NCBI GenBank assembly: GCA_963809895.1
Contig: CAWELD010000003.1
Span: 1,184,001-1,248,000, forward strand
Direction: 5' to 3'
DNA from: an uncultured Gemmatimonadales bacterium
Lineage (GTDB): Bacteria; Gemmatimonadota; Gemmatimonadetes; Longimicrobiales; Gaopeijiaceae
Length of the DNA stretch: 64,000 nucleotides
Shown here: piece by piece, positions 28,775 through 38,542 of the stretch
How positions within the stretch are numbered: the first letter of the stretch is position 1
How the letters are laid out: the number at the start of each line of letters is the position of its first letter
Notes under the pieces: model-generated
Told to the model about the DNA's origin: nothing
Seen by the model: the letters and a program-made list of their open reading frames with translations, nothing else
The model's database searches: none
Position numbers and translations under genes: made by a program

Positions 28775-31729
28775 ATGCCCGATCTGCAATCCCGCCTGAA
28801 CGAAGCCCTCACCGGGAGATATGTCCTCGACCGTGAGATCGGTGCGGGCGGCATGGCCACCGTCTTCCTGGCGCGCGACCTCCGGCACGAGCGGGACGTG
28901 GCCCTGAAGGTGCTCGATCCGGAGCTGGCCGCCTCCATCGGGGCCGAGCGCTTCCTCGCCGAGATCCGCACTACGGCCCGGCTTCAGCACCCGCACATCC
29001 TCCCGCTCTTCGATTCCGGTGAGGCGGATGGCTTCCTCTTCTACGTCATGCCCTTCGTGGACGGGGAGACCTTGCGCGACCGGCTGGCACGCGAGGGTGA
29101 GCTGTCCATCGACGACGCACTGAGGATCGCCCGCGAGGTCGCCGACGGCCTCGCGTACGCCCACGGCGCCGGGGTTGTCCACCGGGACATCAAGCCCGGA
29201 AACATCCTGCTGGCCGGAGGGCACGCGACGGTCGCGGATTTCGGGATCGCTCGGAGCGTGGAGCGGGCAGGAGGTGACCGCCTCACGCAGACGGGCACCA
29301 GCATCGGCACGCCGACGTACATGAGCCCGGAGCAGGCCTCCGCCGACGTCCGGGTGGACGGGCGGAGCGACATCTATTCCCTGGCTTGCGTTCTGTACGA
29401 GATGCTGGCCGGTGAGCCTCCCTACACGGGACCCACAGCCGCGGCGATCCTGGCGAAGAAGGTCACGCAGCTTCCTCCTCCGGTACGCGTCGTCCGGGAC
29501 ACGACTCCCCCCTGGCTGGAGGCCGCGTTGGGCCGTGCGCTCGCGAAGTCGCCGGCGGATCGATTCGCCACCGCTGAGGCCTTCGCCACCGCGCTCTCCA
29601 CGCCTGCGTCAGCCACCTCCAGGACCTCGAGCCCGCGCTCGACGCAGCCGACATGGAGGTCGAAGACGTACACACGGGTCCTGACGACCGTGGGCGCCGC
29701 GGCCCTGCTCGTTGCGGCCGGTTGGGCGATCCAACGGGCACGTGGTCGCCCGGCCGGTGCGGTCACGGGAAGCGCAAACGTGATCGCGGTCCTCCCGTTC
29801 ACGGTACGCGGCGGGCCTGAGCTCTCCTACCTGCGGGAGGGGATGGTCGACCTGCTGAGCACCAAGCTCGACGGGGTGGCGGGGATGCGCACCACCGATC
29901 CGCAGGCGATTCTCGCGACGCTCTCGGGCGAGGACATCGACGCGCTTTCGGGGGCAGGTATCTCCAGAGTCTCCGCACGGCTGGGTGCTGGAAGAGTCGT
30001 CAGGGGAACGGTACTCGCCGCAGGGACGCAACTCCACATCCAGGCGTCCGTGCTCGATGGGACGGGCTCTCCCACGAGAATCGAGGCGAGCGCCGAGGGG
30101 CCGGCTGACGACCTCTTCGGTCTTGTGGACCGGCTCGTGAGCGGCCTCGTCGCCTCGGGAATCACGGGCGAAGACACTCGGCTTGCCGACCTCGGCGAGC
30201 TCACCACGCGGTCGAACGAGGCACTCAGGCTCTATCTCGACGGCATGCGGAACTTCCGGCAGGGTCGGGGCATGCAGGAGACCACCGAGCTGCTACAGCG
30301 GGCGGTCGCACTGGACTCGACCTTCGCGCTGGCGGCCTACTGGGCCGGGTACATGGCGACGTACGACGATCTGCCGGCGGTGGCCCACTTCGAGCTCGCG
30401 ACGCGCCATCGAGGACATCTCAGCCCGCGGGCCCAGACGCGTCTCGCGGCGGCGTTGGCCGCCGCCGAAGGCCGGCATGCCGAGGCGATCACACTCGGCC
30501 AGCACTTCGTCGAGCGCTATCCCGACGACGTTGCGGGGTGGTTCCAGCTCGGCGAGCAGATCGCCCATACGGGGTACTTCGTCGGCGACTCCGCCGGGGC
30601 CGCGCGTCCGGCGTACGAGCACGCGATCGGCCTCGACCCGGCACTGGCGCCGGCGTACTTCCACCTGGCGGTCATCGGCGGGCTGCAGGCCGACACCGCC
30701 GCGCTGGACAGGTGGGCGGCGGGGCTCGACGCGACGGGCGCGGATCCGATCTGGCCCGCCGTCCTGCGCACGACGCGAGCGGGGGTGAGCGGGGACACGG
30801 CCCTCCTCGACCGATCTGTGGACACTTTCCTGTCCGAGGCGACGCTCTATCCACCCACGACGCTCGCGGGTTCGATCGCCGAGGTCGCGGCGTCGGTGAT
30901 GGTCAGCGATCCCTCGGCGAGCCGCAGGATCATGGACCGCTACGCACAGCACACCGTGTCCGACACCGCGCGGGCCGTCGTAGCCCGACGTCGGGCGAGG
31001 CTCGAGAGCGCCCTGGGTCGGTTCGACCGGGCGGAGGAGGTGCTGCGCTCCATCGGCCCCGACCACCGGACGCTCTTCCCCTACGACCTCGCGTGGATCG
31101 CGCTCCACCCCGCCGCGACCGGCGACGAGCGGGCGAAGGAAGCCGCTCGGCTGCTCCGCGCCAGGGCTCCGGCTGCCGGTCCCGACGAAGCGGCGGTTCG
31201 ACGATACCTCCTCGCCCGCCTGGCCCTGAAGCTCGGCCGGCCCGAACGCTTCCGGGCCGAGCTCGACACGCTGCGACGGGACAATGCGGTTCGAGCAGGC
31301 GACGACGGAGGGCTGGCGCGTGACCTCGTCCTGGAGCTCGCGGCGCTCGACGCCCAGCTCCGCGGAGAGCCGGAGCGGGGCCTGGACTCGCTGCTCGCGT
31401 CCCGGTACTGGACGCGCCAGGAGGTCTGGCCCCGGGAACCCGACACGTATTTCAGCGGCCCCCTCGCGGACCGCTGGCCGCAGTTCCTCAGGGCGGAGCT
31501 CCTGCGGCAGGCAGGTCGGGATGCCGACGCTGCCCTCTGGTACAAGATCTCCTCCGACGGCATCTGGCATCGGGCCATGGGCCTCGAGCGCCTCGCCGAG
31601 ATGGCCGAGGAAGAAGGCGATTCGGCACGGGCGATGACCCTCTACAAGCAGGTCGAGCGCCTCTGGGCGGGCGCCGACCCCGACGTCCGGCCACTCGTCG
31701 CGGAGCTTCACCGCAGGATCGGCGGCTAG
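28775..31729 (+). CDS. Ser/Thr protein kinase with TM segment and TPR-like C-terminal region
   Basis: IGAGGMATV, VALK, HRDIKPGN, DFG, GTPTYMSPE; TM; IAVLPF domain; helical repeats ending WAGADP. Confidence 0.93.
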   Translation: MPDLQSRLNEALTGRYVLDREIGAGGMATVFLARDLRHERDVALKVLDPELAASIGAERFLAEIRTTARLQHPHILPLFDSGEADGFLFYVMPFVDGETLRDRLAREGELSIDDALRIAREVADGLAYAHGAGVVHRDIKPGNILLAGGHATVADFGIARSVERAGGDRLTQTGTSIGTPTYMSPEQASADVRVDGRSDIYSLACVLYEMLAGEPPYTGPTAAAILAKKVTQLPPPVRVVRDTTPPWLEAALGRALAKSPADRFATAEAFATALSTPASATSRTSSPRSTQPTWRSKTYTRVLTTVGAAALLVAAGWAIQRARGRPAGAVTGSANVIAVLPFTVRGGPELSYLREGMVDLLSTKLDGVAGMRTTDPQAILATLSGEDIDALSGAGISRVSARLGAGRVVRGTVLAAGTQLHIQASVLDGTGSPTRIEASAEGPADDLFGLVDRLVSGLVASGITGEDTRLADLGELTTRSNEALRLYLDGMRNFRQGRGMQETTELLQRAVALDSTFALAAYWAGYMATYDDLPAVAHFELATRHRGHLSPRAQTRLAAALAAAEGRHAEAITLGQHFVERYPDDVAGWFQLGEQIAHTGYFVGDSAGAARPAYEHAIGLDPALAPAYFHLAVIGGLQADTAALDRWAAGLDATGADPIWPAVLRTTRAGVSGDTALLDRSVDTFLSEATLYPPTTLAGSIAEVAASVMVSDPSASRRIMDRYAQHTVSDTARAVVARRRARLESALGRFDRAEEVLRSIGPDHRTLFPYDLAWIALHPAATGDERAKEAARLLRARAPAAGPDEAAVRRYLLARLALKLGRPERFRAELDTLRRDNAVRAGDDGGLARDLVLELAALDAQLRGEPERGLDSLLASRYWTRQEVWPREPDTYFSGPLADRWPQFLRAELLRQAGRDADAALWYKISSDGIWHRAMGLERLAEMAEEEGDSARAMTLYKQVERLWAGADPDVRPLVAELHRRIGG

Positions 31730-31779
31730 CACACTACGGCCTGACAAAGCCGTCCCTGCCCCACCGAGCGGCCTCGCCG

Positions 31780-32340
31780 TCAGGGCATCCAGCCGAGCTG
31801 GACGAAGAAGCTCACGCCGCCGAACGGAGCCTTCGGGTTCACGTTCATCCACAGCTCGGTGCCGACGCCCAGCATCGACGTCTGCGCCGAGATGCGGGCG
31901 GTGAGCGGAACGCCCACCGTGAAGCTGGTGGAGCTTCCGTTGGCGGGCCCGCTGCCCTTGTCGATGCCGGTGAGCGCGAGCCCGGCGGCAACGGTGGCCT
32001 CGGCCCAGGACCACACGCGGCTGCGGCCGTAGAGCACACCGAATTCCCCGGCGCCGCCGTCGCCGCCACCGTCGGGAAAGCCTTCGAATTCGGCCAATCC
32101 GGCGAAGCGCAGCGCCCAGAACCGGGAGCGCTTCTGGTAGTTGATCTGAACGATCCAGCCCAAGCCGGACTCTACCCCTCCGCCCGCACCGATCGTGAAC
32201 CCGGCGTCCAGCCAGACACGGTTGCGCGCGGGCTGCTCCGGGGCGGTCTGGGCGGATGCGCCGCGGGGCGCGGCGACCAGCACGAGGGCTACCCACAGGC
32301 CGGCGCGGAGGAGCGCCCGGGGGGCGGAGATGGGAATCAC
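31780..32340 (-). CDS. Hypothetical secreted / small outer-membrane beta protein
   Basis: Signal peptide ending ASA-Q, alternating beta-strand pattern. Confidence 0.55.
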   Translation of the reverse strand: MIPISAPRALLRAGLWVALVLVAAPRGASAQTAPEQPARNRVWLDAGFTIGAGGGVESGLGWIVQINYQKRSRFWALRFAGLAEFEGFPDGGGDGGAGEFGVLYGRSRVWSWAEATVAAGLALTGIDKGSGPANGSSTSFTVGVPLTARISAQTSMLGVGTELWMNVNPKAPFGGVSFFVQLGWMP

Positions 32341-32456
32341 GGGACCTCACATTGGCGGGTTGCGATCGACGGCAAACTAGCCCGGCCTGTCTTGCGACAC
32401 ACCCGACCCCCTCCATGTCTGAAACAGAATGCCCCCACGACCGTGAGGGCATGGAG

Positions 32457-32506
32457 TGTCACTTCTCACGAGGATGGCCCACCTATTCTCACGAGCATGA
32501 TCCACC
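32457..32506. mobile_element. IS21-family terminal repeat (right end)
   Basis: Starts TGTCA, then two direct copies TTCTCACGAG(G/C)ATG(GC/AT)CCACC at 32463-32483 and 32486-32506, just downstream of istB. Confidence 0.7.
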
Positions 32507-32550
32507 CCCCTCGTGACAACCTGGGTCTTAGTGGTTGGTGAGGGTCGGCG

Positions 32551-33042
32551 CTAGGTCATGGGTCCTCCGGGAGGTGTCCGACCGGGCCGCTGGCGGCTGC
32601 GATAGCTGTCGCCCTCGATGACGATCTGGAAGGCGTTGTGGGCGAGGCGGTCGAGGGCGCTCTGGGCGAGGATGGGGTCGTTGAAGAGGGGGATCCATTC
32701 CTCGATGGTCCGGTTGGAGGTGACGATGGTGGACGAGTGGCGGTGCCGCTCGATGATGACTTCATGGAAGTCGCTGGACTGCTGGCTGTTGAGGCGTCGA
32801 AGGACGAAATCGTCGATGATTGAGGAGGTCGGGGGCGAGGAGGGAGCGGAAAGCCTTTTCGGTGGAGTTGTCGGCCCGGGACTGGTGGATCATACGCAGC
32901 AGGTGGTCGCTGCGGAGGAAGAGCACGCGGCGGCCGGCGCGGCAGGCCGCGTGGCCGAGGGCGCCGGCGAGGAAAGGTCTTGCCGACGCCGACGGGGCCG
33001 AGGAAGAGAACGTCCTGGTGGCGCTCGAGGAAGCCGAGGCCG
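32551..33042 (-). pseudogene. istB: IS21 IstB ATPase, frameshifted and 5'-truncated
   Basis: LFLGPVGVGKT / LAGALGHAAC..APDLL / IIDDF..TIVTSNR..ALDRLAHNA..IEGDSYR spread over different frames. Confidence 0.88.
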
Positions 33043-33192
33043 GCCCACTGGGGCGGATCGAAGCGCTCCTCCGTGAGGGGCTGGAGGGCGGCGCGCTCGA
33101 CGTCCTGGAACACGGCCAGCGGGCGCTATCGCGTCGTGCCGTGGAGGCGGGTTCCCGCGGCCTCACGGCACCAGACGATCGCGCGCTCTTGG
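33043..33192 (-). pseudogene. istA: IS21 IstA transposase internal fragment
   Basis: WCREAAGTRLHGTTR-stop-RPLAVFQDVERAALQPL, fused directly to the istB fragment. Confidence 0.72.
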
Positions 33193-33399
33193 ACCGTCGA
33201 GGAGTTCGACTTCACCTTCCAGAGTTCGATCCGCCTCAAGATGCTCGGCAGCTTCCTCGGGCCGGAGTTCGTCACCAAGGGACGCTCGGCCATCTTCAGC
33301 GGCCCGACCGGCCGCGGCAAGACGCACCTGGCCGTGGCTCTGGCCTACCGGGCCGTCCAGAATGGCTTCGACGCCCGCTTCACCACGGCCGACGAGCTC
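33193..33399 (+). pseudogene. istB: Second IS21 IstB fragment, opposite orientation
   Basis: TVEEFDFTFQ..SGPTGRGKTHLAVALAYRAVQNGFDARFTTADEL. Confidence 0.82.
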
Positions 33400-33740
33400 C
33401 GCGTTCGTGTCAACGCGTGCGACGAGACCGAAGGAACGGCTGGCGTCAGCCAACGGGAGGTAGAGACCTCCTTTCGTTTGGTCCTGGCCGATCCCTTCGC
33501 GTCCCTCGGTTCCTACCAGCCCCGCGTCGTCCACGACGCTGACTATCGCATACGCATGAAGATCGAGGATCGAGAGGAGGGCGGCGAACGAAGCTGGCAC
33601 GGGCCACGATAGGCGGCACGGGGCGGACCCGCAACGGACGTGCGCCGTCTTGCCCTCCACCTACCCGCATCCTACCGTGCGCCTTGAGCTGGGGCGGACG
33701 ATCGACGCCAAGCAGCTGTGAACCGGACGCGGGAGATGCG

Positions 33741-34178
33741 ATGAGCGCGACGCCACCAAAGGCACGGAGCGGGGATTCGAGGCAGGCGTTCCCCGGCTAC
33801 GGCGATCCCATCACGGCGCCGTTCTGGGACGCGGCAACCCGGGAGGAGCTGTTGGTGCAGCGGTGCACGGCCTGCGGTCACCACCAGTTCTACCCTCGGC
33901 GCTTCTGCCTCGAGTGCTCGTCGGAGGCGGTCGAGTGGGTGCGGGCGCGTGGGACCGGCACCGTCTACTCCCAGACCACGGTCCATGTCCAGATCGCGAC
34001 CGAGTTCGAGCCGCCGTACGTGGCGGCTCTGGTAGAGCTGGACGAGGGCCCCCGCCTCCTCACCAACCTGGAAGGGCCGTGCGCCATCGGCGACCGGGTG
34101 GCGGTGCGTTGGCGGGAGCGGCAGGGCCTTCCGCCTCTCCCGGTTTTCACTCCGGATCGACCTGGCGCGGAGCACTGA
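33741..34178 (+). CDS. Zn-ribbon + OB-fold protein (DUF35 / ChsH2-like)
   Basis: PFWDA, QRCTACG..YPRRFCLEC, GTVYSQT, PYVAALVELDEGPRL. Confidence 0.92.
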   Translation: MSATPPKARSGDSRQAFPGYGDPITAPFWDAATREELLVQRCTACGHHQFYPRRFCLECSSEAVEWVRARGTGTVYSQTTVHVQIATEFEPPYVAALVELDEGPRLLTNLEGPCAIGDRVAVRWRERQGLPPLPVFTPDRPGAEH

Positions 34179-34284
34179 CGCCCGAAGCCCTTCCCTGGAG
34201 ATACCGGACCCGGACTCAATGGTGGGCCGAGATCGGTGGTTCTCAGGGCAGGAGCCGCGGCTCCTGGTCTACGGCGGCCGAGGA

Positions 34285-34473
34285 AGTCCCCAGCAGCATC
34301 ATCCGTAGCGCCAGCTCCGGGTCAATCCCCGGTCGCCCCTTCCCGGCCGCGTAGCACGCTGCCACTGCCTCGTCACTGTGCGCGCATAAGCAGCGATTAA
34401 CATCGGACGGCCTGAATCCAACTCCTTCCCCCTCTGAAACCCACCCTGATCCGCCGTCGTCTTTCAACAGCCT
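34285..34473 (-). mobile_element. IS1182/IS5-type remnant: left end plus transposase N-terminal fragment
   Basis: Minus strand AGGCTGTTGAAAGA (34460-34473) resembles IS1182 ends; peptide YAAGKGRPGIDPELALRMMLLG resembles the DUF772 motif. Confidence 0.7.
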
Positions 34474-35543
34474 TTCTTCACGAAGGACCTGCCCAGGCGG
34501 TCCTCCACCATGCGGTCCGCCGCCTGTTCAGTCCCGATGTCCAAGCGGCGAGCGACGGCGAAGACCTCCCTCACCGTGTCGTAGATGCCGTCCAGTGCCT
34601 GATCCATGCGGGCCCGATCCCACCCGACCAGGTCGACCGATCCCGAGATCACACCGCCTGCGTTGGCGACGTAGTCCGGCACGTAGTGAATGCCCCGCTC
34701 GCGGAGACGCTCGCCCTGCTCCGGGTTGCGGAGTTGGTTGTTCGCCGCTCCGCACACGGCCCGCACGCGGAGACGCTCGACGCCCTCCGCGTCCAATACG
34801 CCCCCCAGAGCACACGGCGCGAAGATGTCCGCGTCCACGTCCAGGATCTCGTCGGGCGGCACCGCCTCGGCCTGGAGCTCCTCCACGGCCGACCGTACAC
34901 GGCCCGGATCCACGTCCGCCACCACGAGTCGGGCGTCCTGCTCGTGGAGGAACCGCGCCAAATTGAAGCCTACGTTCCCGAGGCCCTGCACCGCCACCGT
35001 GCGGCCCGACAGATCCGGTGAGCCCCACCGCTCCGTGGCCACGGCCTCCATGGCACGGAACACCCCCCGGGCCGTGAACGGCGAGGGGTCACCCATGCCT
35101 CGCTCCAGACCCGCCACGTGGCGGGTCTCACCCGCGATGCACGCCATGTCCGCAGGGGTCGTCCCCACGTCTTCTCCCGTGGCGAACAAGCCGCCGAGCC
35201 GCTCCACGAAGCGCCCATGCGTACCGAAAAACGCGGCCCGAGCCGCGGCTTCGTCCGGCGCGGGTCCCAGGATCACGGCCTTCCCGCCTCCGAACGGAAG
35301 CCCGGCGAGCGCGTTCTTGTAGGTCATGCCGCGCGAGAGCCGGAGGACGTCCTCCAGGGCCTCGCCGAAGCCATCGTACCGCCACACGCGCGTCCCCCCC
35401 ACGGCGGGCCCCAGGAGTGTGCTGTGCAGGGCGATGATCCCCAGGTAGCCGACGGAAGGATCGCGGCAGACGGTCACCTGCTCGTGGCCCATGGCATCGA
35501 GCACGGAAGAAAGATCTCGAAGGCTGTCCAAGGATGTCTGCAT
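34464..35543 (-). CDS. Glu/Leu/Phe/Val dehydrogenase (leucine dehydrogenase-like)
   Basis: GPAVGGTR, RGMTYKNA, GGGKAVI, EDVG, QGLGNVG, APCALG, GAANNQL, PDYVANAGG. Confidence 0.93.
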   Translation of the reverse strand: MQTSLDSLRDLSSVLDAMGHEQVTVCRDPSVGYLGIIALHSTLLGPAVGGTRVWRYDGFGEALEDVLRLSRGMTYKNALAGLPFGGGKAVILGPAPDEAAARAAFFGTHGRFVERLGGLFATGEDVGTTPADMACIAGETRHVAGLERGMGDPSPFTARGVFRAMEAVATERWGSPDLSGRTVAVQGLGNVGFNLARFLHEQDARLVVADVDPGRVRSAVEELQAEAVPPDEILDVDADIFAPCALGGVLDAEGVERLRVRAVCGAANNQLRNPEQGERLRERGIHYVPDYVANAGGVISGSVDLVGWDRARMDQALDGIYDTVREVFAVARRLDIGTEQAADRMVEDRLGRSFVKKGC

Positions 35544-35769
35544 CGGTCCGTCTGCCTCGGCGCGTGGCACGCTGACGGATCGCGTCCGGGATCCTCCATG
35601 ATGATGATCGGCGTCCCGGTTGCGTCCTAGAGAACGGTGGATCTCACAGCTTCAACGGATGGAGGGCAAGGACGATGGAACCGCGAGTTGAGTCGCCGGC
35701 GCACGGTAGGGCATGGGTTGGCCATGGGCAAGCAGAGGTGAGCCTACCCCTGGTCACCGGGGAACGCCC

Positions 35770-36972
35770 ATGACCACAGCGGGAGCTGGACGGGGCTGCG
35801 CGTCCCATCTGGAGTGCGCCATGTGCGGCGCGACGTACGAGAGCGAGCAGCTCCTCGGGGTCTCGCCCTGCTGCGCAACGAGCTTGCAGGTCCGTTACAA
35901 CCTCGACGCGATCCGGCATCGGTTCCGGCCCGACTTGCTCAGGGACCGACGCCCCGATCTGTGGAGGTACGAGGACGTTCTTCCCGTGAGGGACCGGCGG
36001 TACCAGGCGCGCATCGGGGAGGGGTTCACACCGTTGGTCGATGCCGACAGAACAGCGAAACGACTGGGTGTGAATCGTCTTTGGATCAAGGACGAGGGGC
36101 AGAACCCCACCGGCAGCTTCAAGGACCGGGGGGCTGCCGTGGCGGTGGGAAGGGCCGCCGAGCTCGGTGCCCACGCCGTGGCCATCCCCACGATCGGGAA
36201 CGGGGGCGCCGCGGCGGCGGCGTATGCGGCCGCCCTGGGACTCCAGGCCCACGTCTTCGTTCCGCGGGACACCCCACCCGCGACGCATGAGCAGATCCGC
36301 AAGCTCGGGGCTGAGCTCTACATCGTGGACGGCAGCCTTTCGGCCGCGCGGCAGGCCGTGCGGGACGGTGTGCGCGATGAAGGCTGGTTCGACCTCTCGA
36401 CGCTGGAGGAGCCGTACCGGGTCGAGGGCAAGAAGACGATGGGGTACGAAATCGTGGAGCAGTTGGGGTTCCGCATTCCCGACGCCATCCTCTACCCCAC
36501 CGGCGGGGGCACCGGCCTCATCGGCATGTGGAAGGCATTCCAGGAGATGGAGCGCCTCCGGTGGATCGGCCCGGAACGGCCCAGGATGATCGTGGTCCAG
36601 GCTACCGGCTGCCACCCCATGGTCCGCGCCTGGGAGGCCGGCGCGGACGTGGCCGAGCCCTGGGAGGACGTGCGTACCTACGCATCCGGCTTCTGCGCCA
36701 CCAAGCCCTTCGGCGACTACCTCATTCTCCGGACCCTTCGCCAGTCCAACGGCACGGCTGTCGCCGTCCCGGATCGTGCCATGGAGCGCTGGGTCGGAAC
36801 CATCGCGGCGGACACCGGCCTCTTCGTCTCCCCCGAGGGGGGCGCGACCGTGGCCGCCGTGGAGGCGCTCCGCGAGCGGGGAGACCTGGGAGCGAGCGAC
36901 GAGGTGCTGGTCTTCGCCACCGCGGGCGGCCTCAAGTACGTAGGCCGCGACCCGCGCGATGCCGGGGAGTAG
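35770..36972 (+). CDS. Threonine synthase-like PLP-dependent enzyme
   Basis: N-terminal Cys ribbon, EGFTPL, NPTGSFKDRG, EPYRVEGKKTMGYE, YPTGGGTG. Confidence 0.88.
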   Translation: MTTAGAGRGCASHLECAMCGATYESEQLLGVSPCCATSLQVRYNLDAIRHRFRPDLLRDRRPDLWRYEDVLPVRDRRYQARIGEGFTPLVDADRTAKRLGVNRLWIKDEGQNPTGSFKDRGAAVAVGRAAELGAHAVAIPTIGNGGAAAAAYAAALGLQAHVFVPRDTPPATHEQIRKLGAELYIVDGSLSAARQAVRDGVRDEGWFDLSTLEEPYRVEGKKTMGYEIVEQLGFRIPDAILYPTGGGTGLIGMWKAFQEMERLRWIGPERPRMIVVQATGCHPMVRAWEAGADVAEPWEDVRTYASGFCATKPFGDYLILRTLRQSNGTAVAVPDRAMERWVGTIAADTGLFVSPEGGATVAAVEALRERGDLGASDEVLVFATAGGLKYVGRDPRDAGE

Positions 36973-36988
36973 CCGGCGGTGACCCGGT

Positions 36989-38263
36989 TCAGGCACTCGG
37001 CGGCTCGACCGCGGGGCCGCCGTCCAGGCCGTCCTTCAGGACGCGGCCTTCCTTAAGGACCAGGACGACCCGCGATGGGTCCAGGGCGTCGATATCGACG
37101 AGCGGATCGACGTCGGTGACCACGAGGTCCGCCAGCTTGCCGGGCTCGATGGTCCCGATCCGGTCTTCCCAACCCAGGCACTCGGCCGCGGTGCGGGTGG
37201 TCGCCACGATGGATTCCATGGGCGTCATGCCCAGATGCTCACACATGAGGCCGAGCTCGCGCAGGTTCGTGCCGTGGGGCACGATGCCGGCGTCCGTGCC
37301 CATGGCGATCTTCACTCCCGCGCGGTACGCGTTTCGGATGCTCTCCCGGTGCGCCTCGATCATTTCCCGGACCTTATCCAGGGCCCAGGCCGGCATGGAT
37401 CCGGCCGCCTCGGCCTGCTCCACCACCCCCACCGGGGCAAGCAGCGTCGGGACCAGATAGACCCCTTTATCGAGGAACATCTCGATGGCCTCGTCGTCCA
37501 GGTAGACGCCATGCTCAATGGAGTGCACGCCCGCCCGCAAGGCGTTCTTGATCCCGTCCATCCCCTGCCCGTGGGCCATCACCCGGGTGCCCCTCCGGAA
37601 GCCCCCCTCCTCCACCATGACCTCCAGCTCCTCGCGCGAGAACTGGGTGAACTCCGGATGGTCGGTCGGGCTCACGGCTCCTCCCGTGGCGCACACTTTG
37701 ACGACCTCCGCTCCCGCGCGCAGCACCTCGCGCACCTTGCGGCGGACGCCTTCCACCCCGTCGCAGATGCCCTTCGGCATACCGGGATGACTGACGAAGA
37801 GCTCGAGCTCGCTCCCGGATGGAAGCCAGAAGTCCATGTGGCCCCCGGTCGGCGACAGGGCGGCGATGCTGATCTGGACGCGCGGCCCCTCCACCATCCC
37901 CTGCTCCACCGCTCGCTTCAGCCCGAGGTCCGCGCCGGCCGCGTCCCGAACCGTGGTGATGCCCGCGTCGAGGGTGCGGCGCATGTGGACGACGGACCGG
38001 TAGAACGAGAGGGAGAACGGCGTGGTCGCCATCTTCTCCATCACGTCCATCCGGAGCATCAGGTGGACATGGGCGTCGATGAACCCCGGGAGCAGCGTGC
38101 CACCGCCGGCATCGATCTCCCGTACCTCTCCGCTCGGGCGGGGCAGCCCGGCGATCGGCCCGCAGGCTCGGATTTGGCCGTCCTGGATCAACACGGCGCC
38201 GTCACCGACCGGAGGAGCTCCAGTACCGTCGATGAGCGTGGCGTTGCGGAGCAGGGTGTACAT
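36989..38263 (-). CDS. Amidohydrolase-family metal-dependent hydrolase (prolidase/carboxypeptidase-like)
   Basis: PGFIDAHVH, VKVCATGG, MAHG, SIEHG, GTDAG, GKLADL. Confidence 0.92.
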   Translation of the reverse strand: MYTLLRNATLIDGTGAPPVGDGAVLIQDGQIRACGPIAGLPRPSGEVREIDAGGGTLLPGFIDAHVHLMLRMDVMEKMATTPFSLSFYRSVVHMRRTLDAGITTVRDAAGADLGLKRAVEQGMVEGPRVQISIAALSPTGGHMDFWLPSGSELELFVSHPGMPKGICDGVEGVRRKVREVLRAGAEVVKVCATGGAVSPTDHPEFTQFSREELEVMVEEGGFRRGTRVMAHGQGMDGIKNALRAGVHSIEHGVYLDDEAIEMFLDKGVYLVPTLLAPVGVVEQAEAAGSMPAWALDKVREMIEAHRESIRNAYRAGVKIAMGTDAGIVPHGTNLRELGLMCEHLGMTPMESIVATTRTAAECLGWEDRIGTIEPGKLADLVVTDVDPLVDIDALDPSRVVLVLKEGRVLKDGLDGGPAVEPPSA

Positions 38264-38409
38264 GCGGACCTCCTCATGCTACAGGACACGTTGGTGACGA
38301 TGCATGGATCAGAGGGGTGTCCGCGGTCGTGTCGGCGGGCATGGTAGCCGCCGGGTCCGAGGCGCGGCAAGCCGGTGTGCCCGACCGACGAGACGGTCCC
38401 AACGGTGGA

Positions 38410-38437
38410 TAGGTACAACAGCACCCATGGCTGCGTC
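38410..38437 (+). promoter_or_regulatory. Putative ECF-sigma promoter TAGGTACAA-N15-CGTC
   Basis: Identical bipartite motif and spacing at 40120 and 49622. Confidence 0.65.
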
Positions 38438-38542
38438 TTCCAATCGCATGGGTGAGGAGGGGTCGGTCCAGATCGTGTCGTACCTTGGGATCCGACTCGT
38501 CGGGTGGACTCGACCGAATCGAATCGCGAGGGGACGAGTGTG

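Noticed and set aside
33400..33612. Open frame continuing from the second istB fragment
   Set aside because: No recognisable motif; cannot be assigned without a search
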